A stretch of DNA of 64,000 bases, taken from Heteronotia binoei. Its lineage: Eukaryota. The notes beneath the pieces are model-generated. The model was not told the DNA's origin. It did no database searches and saw only the letters and a program-made list of their open reading frames with translations. Within the stretch, counting starts at the first letter, position 1. Every line of letters begins with the position of its first letter. The translations under genes were made by a program, and so were the position numbers. Shown here in pieces: positions 50,199-63,619 of the stretch. The stretch lies in contig NC_083228.1 of the NCBI RefSeq assembly GCF_032191835.1, positions 45,694,001-45,758,000 on the forward strand, in the 5' to 3' direction.

Positions 50199-53100
50199 CC
50201 ACGTTAATCCCAGAACTAGCAGCATTTCAAAACCTGCTTTTCACATGCCATCTGTCATAGCAACACCGCTATATTACTTAGTAATAAGCCCTGGACTTTC
50301 ATACATTACATTTTCACTGTTAAAATAACAAAAAATATTTTCTTCATTCTCAGTATATTTAGTAGAATTGTTTTATTTTATTCAAAGGAAATTTTTATTG
50401 TGGCATCGTGCTTTATACACTTAGTGCCCGACACAGAGCCAGATAAACTGGTATTATTAAACAGAGATAAATCAAAATATTGTTGCCAATGAGGACAATA
50501 TTTGGAGATGAGAACTTGACTTAGTAATATAGAAATTGTAAACCATAAAGTGGAAACATTGATTAGAAAGGAACCCTTTAAGAAAGCTCAACAGAAGAGA
50601 GAAACAAAATCTATTACCAGTACACCAAAGCATGTAAGCTAAATTACAGATGACTAATTCATTACAGTAGTTACAATCTTAACTGAATTCCTTTTCCAAC
50701 TACTTGTAACAATTCTACAATGAAATTTATTAAGATCATCAACTATATTGAGGCATGGAAAACTTAACTATACCTTGCAAAACTATTAAATCATTAAAAA
50801 CCTTGATGAAGTAATCTCAGCATGATCTTAGAACCCGTTTCTCCCCACTTCTTTTAAAGGTTGTTCACAGGTGAAAGGTTATTCACTGTGAAAAATGTAT
50901 AATCAATATTATAGAATTTTTCAAGGAACAGAAATGGGAAAATGCTCTCTTTTTAGCAGTTTATAGCAATGTCCTGATCTTGTTGAATACCAAGAAACAT
51001 TTTCTATGAATTCCACTTTGCATAAGGACATGCTAAGTAATTAAACACAAAGTGAAAGTCTGGTTTTGAGGAGTCAAAATATTCCTATAAATAGCCATAC
51101 CTTTAGGAACATTGAGTTTTCCAAGATTATTTCCAAAATTTTATGCAACTTTGGCCATCATTTTTACCTTTCTCCTTGATGACAAGATCATAATCAGTGA
51201 GGGATAAAGTCATGGTGCCAACTAGCCAATTAGATATTACTGTCTATTGCTGTAAGTGAAAACAAATAAGAACCAATATGACTGTTCTAGTTCTGAACAG
51301 GGATGGTGAGTAGGGTAGGGATATGTCTTCACTGCCTGCACATCTGTGGAACCCAATTTTATGTGCTATGCTGTGTCATTCTGATTGCAACCCTCCAAAG
51401 CTTCTGAGAGTCCACTAGAGAGAAATGTAATCCCTGCTAATGGGCTTATTGTATATAGAGAGAACAGGCAACTTCCTTTTTTACTGAAGTCCTGTGAAAT
51501 GATTGTATTCTGCTCCTAAAGTGGTTGAGTATGCTAACTCATTGAGCAACCACAGGGAATCAATAACTGCCTGCAATTGGAGAGGGAATGCTAAAGGTAG
51601 ATATACAGTCTGGGCTGAATTAAACATGATGAATTATAGGGAGAGAGAGCTTGAAAAGTTTCCCATCAACTCTAAGCACCCAGAAAGCAGTCAGAAGTAG
51701 TAATATGTTGAATTGTAGTTCTATTTAAATTATAGTAATTATAGATAAATTTGTGTCTATGAATGTAAATTAGAAAATATTGTGTGAATGTCTCTTTTTC
51801 TCCTCTTTTGTGAGGGTTCTTATCCTGTTTTACTCAGCTGTAAATGGAAACTAGATTGCCAGCCTCCAGGTAGGGCCTGAAGGTTTTCCAGAATTTCACA
51901 ATTTCATTAGAAGAAAGGCTGAATTCAAAAAGCAAGAAGTGACATACTGCTTTCTCCACCCCCACCCCCCAAAAAATGTTTTCTTCCTTATGTTAACAAA
52001 AGCTTCAGAATTAAGTGCCACATATTCAGCAACTATGGTTTGATGTATACCATCAAAGTATGTTACATGCAGTTTTATATGCAAATTAGTCTCCCTGTTC
52101 AAGCTTTGAAAAAATCAAAGTTGAATAAGACTGTGCAGAACAGATGGGTATTTCTGGGATGTCACATACCAGAACTGCAGACTTTTAAATGGCCCTTACT
52201 GAAATACATTGAAAGTCTTCAAGTTTATTTAAGTTTGCTCTGTTGCTTCCAGCTGAAGCAGATCTCTGGCTTATGAATATGACAAACAGAACACTTTTAA
52301 AGGGAGACCATTGCTTTATGGTTTATCAGAGACTTGCAGATGCTAACATTACGAAGAGACCATTAGGAAAACACTTAAAACCACTCAAGTACAGAAATCC
52401 TGAACAAACAGCCTACCAAAATGCATCCTCCCCTTGCAGTTTTTGTAGCCTTTTCACTTTAGTCTTGCCACTTTGAACAAAAAGCCTCTTCCATGTGTTT
52501 ATAGTCTGATGGACCTACTTAAAACATGTGTATTATGACAGCACGTGTTTCAAAATTTGGGGGACTTCAGAAAAACACAGAGTGCCTTGTGAGGTGCCAC
52601 TCAAGGTTTCATGGTCACCATGACAACAGTAGGGTTTCCAAATGACTAATGATTGTATATGTTTCACTAAACTGGCTAGGTTCTTAGGTGCCATTTTATT
52701 TATTTATTTAGACTAAGATGGCTGCCCTTTGGAATGATTATTCATTTGGTCTGGCTGCTACTGTGATAATAATGAAACATTGAGAAAGCTTAAGGGCAAT
52801 TTTTCCCTCAAAAGTACTGCTTAGTAAAGTCTGGAAGCCTTTCAATAATTGGGGAATGATTAAGAAACAATTATAGAAACAAACAGAAATCTTGAGTGCC
52901 AAGTCAAGCAACAAGAGCACCCCCTCCAAGAAATCACTGTATTTACTTAGCAAAATTATCCACCAAAATACCATTTTGGGCTTGCAGGCCAAAAATAATG
53001 AAATAAACCACAACCTGAAATGAAACAATTTACCCTTTAAAAAAATGGGCTTGATGGATCATACTGTGGCCCATCTAGTCCAGCTTTCTACCAGCATCCA

Positions 53101-53881
53101 GGCAAGTGCCTCAGGATAGCTTACAAGAAGACCGTAAGAGTCACCAGCATTTAGTATTTAAATGCCCTGGATAATGGAAGAGATCATTTGGAACACCTAC
53201 CTAGGCAGTTTTCTCTGGCATCTTTTGTCTTGATTTTTAGACAACAGCTAAAAACATTTTCTTATATGTTTCATTTATTCATGGCTCATTTTTCTGTTGA
53301 ACATTCACCTGACCTGAATCCACTCTTTTCAGTTTTTCCCCTGCCTTTGATTAAAATGGTTTTGATACAATTATGCCTTAAGTTATCACTATTATTTTAT
53401 TGCCTTGTGATTTGTCTGGTGCCATCTCATTTTTTGTTGTTGTTCATTTGTATTGACTTTGATATCGTGTGATCATATTGAAGTAAACTACTTCAGACAA
53501 TGTGAAGAGGGATCTGAATACTTGAAAGAAATAGTAATACAATTTCCTGTCCCAGTCCATTGTCAATATATAACACAGAAGTTGTTACAGTGATCTATAT
53601 TTAGTGGTCTGCTTCACTTTGTGCTATAGTGCATGATGCCAGAGAATATGAACAAGTACCTTAACATCAGGAACTACAGAGGGTGGGAAATCTTGCACCA
53701 AAATTACAACTGCTCACATACAGGCTACAATGGTTATGTTCATCCTGCTACTCTGTGTCAGTTAACAGGTCAGGACAGACTAAAGACTAGATTATTCTGC
53801 AAATGTGTGATTATTCTGCAAATGTCCCCCCCTCCCCCGGAGTTTGTTGAATTATCTGTTTTCTCTCTACATGACCCCAAT

Positions 53882-54070
53882 CAGTGTTCCCTCTGAGTTA
53901 GTGTGAACTAAAGTTACAGTTTTTTAACCACCTGTTCACATATTTTTGTCTTAGCTAGAAAAAATGCCCCCAGAGTAAAGTAATTTATGCAGTAGCTCAC
54001 AACTTTAATGCCAGTAGCTCAAGAAGTAGAATTTTTCCTTACAAGACTCCATAGTTCAGAGGAAGTATTG
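53882..54070. mobile_element. hAT MITE (CAGTGTTCCCTCT family)
   Basis: Same termini and core as 13762 and 61183. TSD ACCCCAAT/GCCTCAAT (2 mismatches). Confidence 0.8.
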
Positions 54071-54310
54071 GCCTCAATCTGCACTTTTAATGATCTTCAG
54101 TCAGGTCTCTGTTGAGGATTTTCTATAATTATGATAGGCCAAGGTAGATAGCTACACACATAAAAGATATGAAGAGGAGGAAGAAATAACTAATATTACT
54201 GTCATCTGCAGAAAATAATTTTTCATGAACTCTGCCTTTGGGATCTATTTTTAGTATGATTCTAATACAGTAAGGAATAAATGTCTCAGTTTGGGTTGGA
54301 TCAAGCAACA

Positions 54311-57300
54311 ACTTCCGGGGGCTGGAAAATGGAGAGCTGAACTGCTTCTCATAAGGGAGGTAGCTGAAACCTCTGTGTGGGGGTAGAAAAGGCAATTTGA
54401 TGCCTACTGCCTACCGTATTTTTGCACCATAAGGCGCTCCTGATCATAGGACGCACCTTCCTCCTGGGGGGCGATCCGCTGCCTCCGCCTCCGATCCCAG
54501 CGCTTCCTTCGCGCCTGCCTGCCTGGCTCCAGCTTCTTCCAGCAAGCGCTGGGATCGCTCCACGCTGCCCCCACCGCAAACACAACGCTTCGCGAGTGCC
54601 GGCTGCGGAGGGGGCAGCGTGCTTCCTCCGTGCCTGTCTGCCTGGCTCCAGCTCTGACGCTTACAGCAAGCGCCAGGATCGCTCCCTCTGCCCTCTGATC
54701 CCGGCGCTTGCTGTAAGCATCAGAGCCGGAGCCAGGCAGACAGGCACAGAGGAAGCACCCGCTCCCTCCGCAAACCCAGCGCTTTGCGAGCGCCGGCTGT
54801 GGAGAGGGTGGCGTGCTTCCTCCATGCCTGTCTGCCTGGCTCCAGCTCTGACGCTTACATCAAGCGCCAGGATCGCTCCCTCTGCCCTCCAATCCCGGCG
54901 CTTGCTGTAAGCATCAGAGCTGGAGCCAGGCAGACAGGCACAGAGGAAGCACGCTGCCCCCTCCGCAGCTGGCGCTCGCGAAGCGCTGGGTTTGCAGTGG
55001 GGGGTAGCGTGGAGCAATCCCAGCGCTTGCTGGAAGAAGCTGGAGCCAGGCAGGCAGGCATGGGGGAAGCTCCGGGATCAGAGGCGGAGGCAGCAGATCA
55101 CCCCCCCCCGGAGGAAGGTACCTTCTCTCCATAAGATGCACACACTTTTCCCCCCACTTTTTTTGGGGGGAGGGGAGTGCATCTTATAGTGCGAAAAATA
55201 CGGTACTTTTCTCATCTAGATAATAGTCCAAGACACGCTTGGGAAACTTGGAGGAGATTAACTTTGGCAGAAAGGGCACTCCAGAGGGGGCTTCTTTGAA
55301 GCTTTGAAGGATCTCCGGCGACAAGTGTGTTACATCATCTGCAGATGGTCTCCAGAGTCATTAAATTGACTTAAATTCACCGGATCCAGCACCTCTATAC
55401 TACAAATAACATCTAGATTACTACTAGGACGGTGTCTACTTGGATAGCTGCTGCTGAGGGTATTGATTTTTATCTTTCACTCCGGGATTAAAATAAGGAT
55501 TTACAAAAATTACTAAAAGGTGGCAAAAGGACTATATCATGCTTATATAAAGAAGAGGAGGAGGGGTGAATTTGGGACTATTTAATATTAAGGAACAGAG
55601 TTTAAAAGTGAAAAAAAAAAGAATGTTTTGAATACCTGTGGTTTCCGAAAAGCACCCCCATCGTCACAGCATTGCTGGTCAATATAATTTCACAGGAAGT
55701 GACATTTTATATCATCGCGTGATATGATTACCAGTGAGAACGGGATTTGGAGGCAAGTAAAGCAGGAAGTAACCATTGGAAGAAGGTCAAATTACAAGTC
55801 AGCCAGCCTACTCTAGGACTGAAATACCATAGAAAAACATTGGCGGCCATTAAAGGAAGGGCAAAATAAAATATTATTTTAAAGTGTTTGGGACTTTGAA
55901 AATTGGTGGAATTGGCATATTTGGACATTATAAAGTTAACACTATTGGACAGTATTGTTGAAAACAACTATAAAGGCCTGAAAAAGAAGAAATTTTTTTG
56001 AAAAGAGGGGTAAGAAAAGTCACGACCATTTTAGATTTTTTAAAAAATTTAAATATTAATATCTCAGCTTGGGGTGCCCCAGGAGTGGCAATTTTAGGCT
56101 TATTGGAAAGAGCAAGATCTGCTCTTTTAAATCTGATACATAGTTTTCAATTTGTTGAGATCAAGTTTTTGAGTATTTTTTAATGTCAGATCACAAGCCT
56201 ATACATATGTACAAGGGCCATTTCAATGGAAAAGATGCAGAAGCAGTTAGAGGCTATGGAAGCAAAGCTGATGAAAGGAATGAAGGAACTTAAGAAAGAA
56301 ATTAAAAAGGACATTGAAGCTAGTACAGTAGCTTTAGAGAAAAAGTTTGAAGATCTTAAAAATGAAACTGTGCTAACATCAAAAAAAGTGGATGATGTGG
56401 AGAAAAAAGTAAAAGAATACGATTCCACCTTAAAAAGTGTGCAAGAGAAAGCTGTATTGCAGGACTGTAAGCTGATGGAAAACCCGGTATGTCTGAGAGG
56501 AGTACCTGAGAATGAACAAGATCTGAAGGATTATATAATAAAAATTATTGTGGATTTTTGGAAGATGATTTAGAAACATCAAAATACCAATATGACTATG
56601 TGTATAGAGTAAATTCTCTCTATACTAAGAAAAATAAATTACCAAGAGACGTGGTAGTAAAATTTTTGACACAGGATATGGTGGGAAGAATTATAGCTAA
56701 AAGCTTTGAAAAGAACTTTGTGGTGGAAGGCAGCATAGTGAGAATTATGAGATAGCTGCCAAGGAAAGTACTGACTGATAGAAAGGCCTATAAAAAATTA
56801 ACAGGAAAATTACAGGACAATGATATAAAGTATAGATGGATTCTACCAGAAAGTTTGAGTTTTGAACTCCAAGGCAGAAGGATTACAATTACAAGTGTAC
56901 AAGAACTGAGAAGATTTTTGGAAGAACATAAAGAATTTGGCGACACAGCTTAAAGAAGAAAACATAATGGATTACAAATTATTATTTTGGAATGTAAATG
57001 GACTAAATTCACCTCAAAAAAGAAAAGCAACATTTCATTGGATTACAAAGCAAAAATGCAACATAATTTGTTTACAAAAAGTTCATATTAAACAAATGGA
57101 TTATAAATTTTTATGGAATAAGCAATTGGGTCTGGAATTTTATTCATTGGCTAAACAAAAAAAGAGAGATATTTAGCAGTGGAAGTAACATTAAATACAA
57201 AAAAAAACACTGCTGCTGGGACTATATGCACCAAATGGTGCGAAAGATTCTTTTTTTTAAAGAAATAATGCAACAGCTTGATCAAGTGTCATATGAACAA

Positions 57301-57561
57301 ATTATGATAATAGGAGATGAACTATAACTGGGTGGGACTTTTTTATTTCTTTGCAAAATTATATTTATATATTAAGATTCTTTTAAAGTTAAAGATACCT
57401 TTTGATATTAGAATTTTAGGCAATTGACACCGGCGGAAGTCAAGATTTGGGGGGAGGGGAAAGCGTAATGTATGGGGAAGGTAGTAAGTGTTTATTAATA
57501 CTTTATTAGTATTGGATATAACTACCATATATTACCAAATAAAATTGTTTAATCAAAAAAA
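54311..57561 (+). mobile_element. L1 with 5' UTR, ORF1, start of ORF2 and 3' UTR; most of ORF2 deleted
   Basis: ACTTCCGGGG start. ORF1 56226-56940 is homologous to 29634-30410. ORF2 YKLLFWNVNGLNSPQKRK runs to about IIGD (~57316) and is followed directly by a 3' UTR ending AATAAAATTGTTTAATCAAAAAAA. Confidence 0.9.
54414..55203. mobile_element. Tc1/mariner-superfamily (Tc2/pogo-like) non-autonomous element inserted in the L1 5' UTR
   Basis: TIR CCGTATTTTTGCACCATAAG / CTTATAGTGCGAAAAATACGG. TA TSD at 54412-54413 and 55204-55205. GC-rich internal direct and inverted units. Confidence 0.85.
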
Positions 57562-59566
57562 GCAATTACAAGCAACAGTGGAAAATTCTCAGGAAAAGCA
57601 GGCTTTCTTTCCAAAAGATCTTTGCTAACTTGTAATTGTTGGTCTAGTCTGTGATTAACTAGAGGCTGCTGGGGACAGTATCTTTTTCTCTTCTTTCTCT
57701 TCATCTTCAGCAATTTTAGCTTTCACCCAGCTCTTTCCAGCTCACCTCCCTGGTGCCTGGAATTCAGCATTAGTGTCCTAGATGCAAAAAGTGCTGAGCC
57801 ATGTAGGGTATGTAACATTAGTTAAACAACATATTTCAGCACTACTGCCATATACGATACTAATGTAGTATACCAGGTAGTATGCCAGGTGCTGGAAAGG
57901 AGAGGCAGACAGAAAAAGAAATTAAAATATTTTCTGCTTCTTCTGTCAATGATGAAGAGAAGTGAAGAGAAAAAGAGACAGTGAGCTGCTGCAGCAGTCA
58001 GCCAATGTGTCGGTAAGGGAGAGTTAGAAGCTGAAGAACTTAGACGGCAATACACATCGTAATATTGAAGGTGAGTGTTACGCATGATCAGAGTTCATAT
58101 TTTAAGCCAAGAAATAATGAACCTCAGGGCATCACTGTTCATGGCTCCATTAACATCAGCAGAAGTACATGGCTGCATAAAAGAGTACAGAAAGTGGTTT
58201 TTAAAAAACTTTCTAAGCCTGTGCAATTCTGAATTTATCATGTTTCTGTGCAACAGCCTGGGTCTATGAATTGTTTTTTGCTGATACAGTAGTTTGTAGG
58301 ATTCAGCAAAAGAATCCCATGGTAGAAAATAGAAGGCCATCTGTCTCTATCTTTTACTAGAGCCTCTGTGTTTGAACTGGTGCTGGTGTGACTGGCCTTT
58401 CCATATCACCCGACACCAGCCAATAGACCCAATCCAGACAAAAGTCAATAGCTGAAGAAAGAAGAGAAAGAGGAGGAGGAGGTTGAAGTTAATTACCACA
58501 GTAGCTAAAAACAAAAAACTGTCAGATAATAGACTGCAATTAAAATCAAAATTATCGATAAGCAGCATTAAAAAACCCCTTCAATAAATAAGCGCAGGAC
58601 CAAACTACAAGTTACTTATAGGACAGCTGCTGCAAGTTCCTATGGAAACTCTAATGAGAAGCACTGCAGGGGCCCTGATTCTGGTTGGGACTGCAGCATG
58701 CCTTCCCCTTATACCATTTTCATGATTTATTCAGAGCACATGCAGCCGCATTGAAGGGGTAAAAAACACCCCCTGGCGCCATCTTGAGTCAGGAAAATGG
58801 AATGACTACATCAAAAAAGTAATGTGTGGTTTGTCCCCTAAACTTAATTCAACCCAGTAAAACTCAATATGGCCTACCATAAAAGAATTCTGGACAATAA
58901 AAATCTCTTGGCCTGGCACAAGGAAATGAAGTGCTAAGCAAACCTCTGTTGGGATAGAGTTGTATAAACTTGGTAACACAACAGAGAAAGCTCTGCTTCT
59001 GGTGCCTCACATCAAGCTGAAGTCAGTGGATTCACACAGAGCAGGGCCACTGATGAAACTGGTGGACTCAAGGCAGGGCAACTGGTGGACTCAAGGCATT
59101 TCACCACTTCAGGTTGTTATCCGTATCCATACCTCTGTGCTCTCACTGCTGACCTGGAGCTCTTTCATAACTAACCTCACTACCACATTTTGAGCCAGCT
59201 GACTTTCCAAAGAATCCCTGCTGGTTGGCCTTGAAATTTATGCCAGTTTGTTTTTGTTGATTGTTGGAAGATATAGCTTAGTTGTCCCACAAATGGTTGA
59301 AATTTGATGCCACAGTCCAACATTTGCTGAATTTTCATAGGAAATTGGTCCTTATCCCCTTTCACCTTGTTGTGTGTAGTTGCACAATCCAAGAAAAAGT
59401 GTAGGTTGACATTATCACATATCATACAGCTCAACTATCTAGTTATAGCTGTCAGATGTTGGCAGTCAATCAGGGATATTACATTCCTCTAAGAACATAA
59501 GAGAAGCCATGTTGGATCAGGTCAATGGCTCATCCAGTCCAACACTCTGTGTCACACAGTGGCCAA

Positions 59567-59581
59567 TATATGTGTGTGTGT

Positions 59582-59614
<33 letters not shown>

Positions 59615-59667
59615 CACACACACACACATATACATACATACATATACACACATATATACACACGCAC
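59567..59667. repeat. Compound (TG)/(CA)/(TA) microsatellite inside the CR1 3' UTR
   Basis: Directly visible. Confidence 0.95.
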
Positions 59668-60149
59668 TGTCAAGCATGTTATTTTATGCATTATTGAATT
59701 CTTATTGCTTTTCCTTTACTCGCTCTTCCCTTTCCCATAGCTGCATATCAAAGCTAAGAACCCCCTTTACTTTCTCACCTCCCTTTCCCATTTCCCACCT
59801 TTGAGTAGCAAATGTAGGAATGCAGTAACTTTGATGATAGAGGAGAAGGAGGCGCCTCCCTTGAACAATTCCCTTTCATTACTTATCAACAGTAACAAAG
59901 AATGCATGGGACCGAGGGAAGTTTTAACCGCAGAGATAGTAAGTTGCATAGTTACCATAGTTCACACATCCTTGTTATGTCTCCAAGCCATCTTCCTTAT
60001 GCTCTTTGATGTAATCCTTAAAACCCTATACTATAGTCAACTCTGTATCACTTTCAAGGTGTTCCACCGTGAAGCAACAATGGATTATCAATAAACTGAG
60101 ACTTTGTATTCAACAACTGCTTGATTATTTGAAACTCCCATGCTTGACA
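59668..60149 (+). mobile_element. Probable solo LTR (482 bp) with 11-bp terminal inverted repeat
   Basis: TGTCAAGCATG...CATGCTTGACA. AATAAA at 60090-60095. Flanks CGCAC/CACAC (possible 5-bp TSD, 1 mismatch). Confidence 0.75.
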
Positions 60150-61182
60150 CACACACACTTATATATATATATACTGTGGCTAATAGCCACTGATGGCCCT
60201 CTGCTCCATATTTTTATCCAATCCCCTCTTAAAGCTGGCTATGCTTGTAGCCGCCACTATCTCCTGTGGCAGTGAATTCCACATGTTAATCACCCTTTGG
60301 GTGAAGAAGTACTTCCTTTTATCCGTTTTAACCTGACTGCTCAGCAATTTCATTGAATGCCCACGAGTTCTTGTATTGTGAGAAAGGGAGAAAAGTACTT
60401 CTTTCTTTACATGGAGCCTGCTGGAGTACCTTATGGTATGGTTCCCCAGAAGAGGGTTAAAAAAACCCCTAGTTACAGAAAGCTTGGAAGAAGAGTGTGA
60501 ATCCAGCAGTGATTCCTGCCATGGGATCCAACTCTTTGATTCATGCCCTTTTTCAGTAGAGAGAGTCAAGGCTGGCCTCCCAATCAGCTGAGTTGTGGTG
60601 GTGAAGCCTTCCCATTCAACACAGTCTGTCAATAATAGAAGGAGGGTAAGTTTGAATCAATTTTGAATGGAAATTGAAGATTACACTCCCTTTGAAAAAA
60701 ATAAAACAGTAAAAAAAAGAGTTGTATTTTTCAAGGTAATGCAGTATTTTCTGCCCTGTAGAATGGGCTTCCTGAAGAACTGAGGAAGGTGTCACCCTTA
60801 GAAGGCTTTAGGAGCTGCTGTGAGGCTGTTGTATTCATTAGGGGGTTTAATGTGGTTTCAGTTGCAGGCATTTTCCATGGGGGTAAGGGGATTTTATTGT
60901 ATTACTCATGGTTATTTATGAGTTAATAATTAATTTAAAATTATAAACCACTATGATCCATTTGGATACTTCAATATATCCATTGATAAGTAGGTGAAAA
61001 TTTTGCCATCAACTTACTTCCTTTTCAGGAAAAAGTTTTACTTGCCAACTATCTATATGTCAGACTGCAGTCAAAAAGCACACGAGTAGTCAGAGAAAAA
61101 AAATATAAGCATTGCTCATAAACTGGGGCCATTCTTTTTCAATCCCTACCCACCCTGCGGAACCTCTCTTTGTTCTCATGAC

Positions 61183-61394
61183 CAGAGTTCCCTCTAAGCT
61201 GAGTTAGTGTGAGCTAGCTCACAGATTTTTAGCCTCCGGCTCACACATTTTTGTCTTAGCTCAGGAAAATTGGCCCCAGAGCACAATCATGCAGTAACTC
61301 ACAACTTTAATGTCAGGAGCTCACAGCTTCAATGCCAGCAGCTCACAAAGTAGAATTTTTGCTCACAAGACTCTGCAGCTTTGAGGGAACATTG
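61183..61394. mobile_element. hAT MITE (CAGTGTTCCCTCT family) with perfect TSD
   Basis: CAGAGTTCCCTCTAAG...TTGAGGGAACATTG. TSD CTCATGAC on both sides. Confidence 0.92.
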
Positions 61395-62825
61395 CTCATG
61401 ACTCCCAGGAATAGAATTTCAGTGGGTTGCGATGGGATGGCATGAAAGCCCTACTTCATGGATTCTTCTCCAGTCATGGATTTTGTAAAATCCAAGCCCT
61501 TCTGTGTTCATTATCACAACAATGAATGTAGTGGACTTTGGTAGGAAGATGTAGACAGTCAGTTATGGCCAACAAAATTTGGTTTTGTTTATACTATTCT
61601 TGGGCAAATAAAAAAGTAATGTTAAGTTTCTTCCAAGGTTCCTGCATCAGGGGAGATTCCTTTCCCTGGAGAATAACACTACTACCAGTGGAACAGACCA
61701 ATTAGATTCTAGTACCAAAAGGAAGTTCCTTGCTTGAGAGGAAAGTGCAACCATTAGTGGTATATATCTGCATATGAAAAACATGCAAGAAGGTGCAACC
61801 TTTTTATGGTTTCCATATGCAATTTATATATCATTTATACATACAATTAGTAAAACAGATTTATTGATATGTAAAAAATGTTGGAAAATGTTTACATTTT
61901 ATGGGGAAAATTCAACGTGAGGGAACAAAGTGGTGTGAAAATAAAGAATCACAGATTATAATCACACCAAGGACAAGTCAAAATAGGAACCACAAGTTGA
62001 AATAATTAGGATAATAAATATGAACATCCTTATACCACCTTCATTGGCAATTTTCTTCTACATACGTAACAGCAAAAGATTCAAAATTAAAGTTTGAAGT
62101 CTTATTAATGTTTTACTTCTATCTTACTATTTGGAATTTCATTTTCTTTTTGCTTCTTTCTCATCAAAGTAACTCCAGCATTGACCTTACTACTGCACTG
62201 AATCAATGTTTTGTTTGATATGACAGCTTCATTGACTTTTTAGTTCATAATAATTTGAAAATATTATCACTTTGCATAAACCAAAAGAAGAAAAGGAGAA
62301 TAATGCACAGGTCCGTCAAAATAATGTATCAGAATAAGAAGCAAAAAGGCAAATTGTTAGGCAGCCCTCCATATATAATGCACAGCAAGCTTTCTTATTG
62401 GAAATGTCATGTCCTTTATCCACTAGGGGCCCAATTTAATAAAAATATATGTCCAGCATCTGCACTATAAAATCCAGAACCAGGGAAGCTGTGCAAATGA
62501 CATTTTGGACGCTTATAGAATGTGCTTGCAGGTGCATTTCTTATTGAATCAGCCCTCAAATTATAGATTTTGAATTTCATACACACAGAACAGAAGCAAA
62601 ATACTAAGAACACGTGGTCCAGCTGTTCCACAGCTGTTCATCAATGTATCATTTCAGCCTCGCCTTTATTTTCTGTTTGTACAGGGTGCTGGAAAAATTA
62701 GGAGAGAGAATGTAGATAAAGCTGATTTGTGTAGTCCTATAAACTCAGGTGATGCTATTGCAACTTGCACTGATTAATTTTGATTAGATCATAGACTTTG
62801 CAGTGTCCAAGTGCAAATTCAAGCC

Positions 62826-62871
62826 TATTGTTATTATTATTACTACTACTACTACTACTACTATTACTACT
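62826..62871. repeat. (TTA)n/(CTA)n microsatellite
   Basis: Directly visible. Confidence 0.9.
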
Positions 62872-63619
62872 TACCTTATAATGAAGAGAACAAGGATGAA
62901 GAAAGAGTCAATGTCATAGCAGAAGAACCAAAATCAAAGCTCAGATATACTAAGTCAACTTTTAACTTTCTTTCTTTGGCTTACAAGGAAACTGCATGAC
63001 ATCACATGATACACGATCTACTTTCAACAAACCGTTATAGGGCTAGAAATGTATAGATATGCCCTTTTCATTTGTTTTTGTGTGCTGTCATCATGAGCCA
63101 TTTCACTTTCACTGCCTGTGTTCCCAATAGGGATAGGCACAAACCGCATGATGTGTCAAAAAATCATGCTGCATTCTGGACAGATTAGGGCTCAGGAGGC
63201 AATGCTTGGCATTTACATGGTCTCAGAAGAAATCTCCAGGCTTTTGAGTGCAGCTTGGAGTGGCTTGGAAAACAAAACTCACCCAGAAACTCTGGTGCGA
63301 AAATGATGGGGATGGTGTTTTCCAGCCTTGGAAACACAAATAAAAACCCTCCAAAGCTTGCCAAACACAAATAAGGACTTCCAAAGCTTGCTGCCTTCGA
63401 AGAACAGGGTTCCCATTCATTACAAAGGAACTCAGATCTATATAAATATACGATGAGTGCACATTTCCTTTGTTGTGGTGGTTTTGGATGGAGAAGGTGT
63501 ATTTACGAAAGAGCTTTGCAACTGAGCATGGTGGGGGGCAATGGTAGAATTGTAGCAGGAGCTCCTTTGGGAGATGTGATGGCCTGTAATGTGGACCCTC
63601 CAAACCAGGGCATGTAGGG

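Larger units (their letters stand above)
59490..60407 (-). mobile_element. 5'-truncated CR1 split by a solo LTR
   Basis: 3' tail TAAGAACATAAGAGAAGCC at 59490. ORF2 end KKEVLFSLSHNTRTRGH...ISGY* at 60180-60407. Same family as 975-1879. Confidence 0.92.

Noticed and set aside
54349-55189. Many GC-rich ORFs
   Set aside because: They arise from the repeat modules of the Tc2-like element.
59057-59098. 19-bp direct repeat AACTGGTGGACTCAAGGCA twice (CRISPR-like or NR5A-site pair)
   Set aside because: Only two units with a 4-bp spacer in a eukaryotic context; a local duplication.
62869-62950. Strong minus-strand donor AAG|GTAAGT
   Set aside because: Generated at the edge of the (CTA)n microsatellite, and all upstream frames contain stops.
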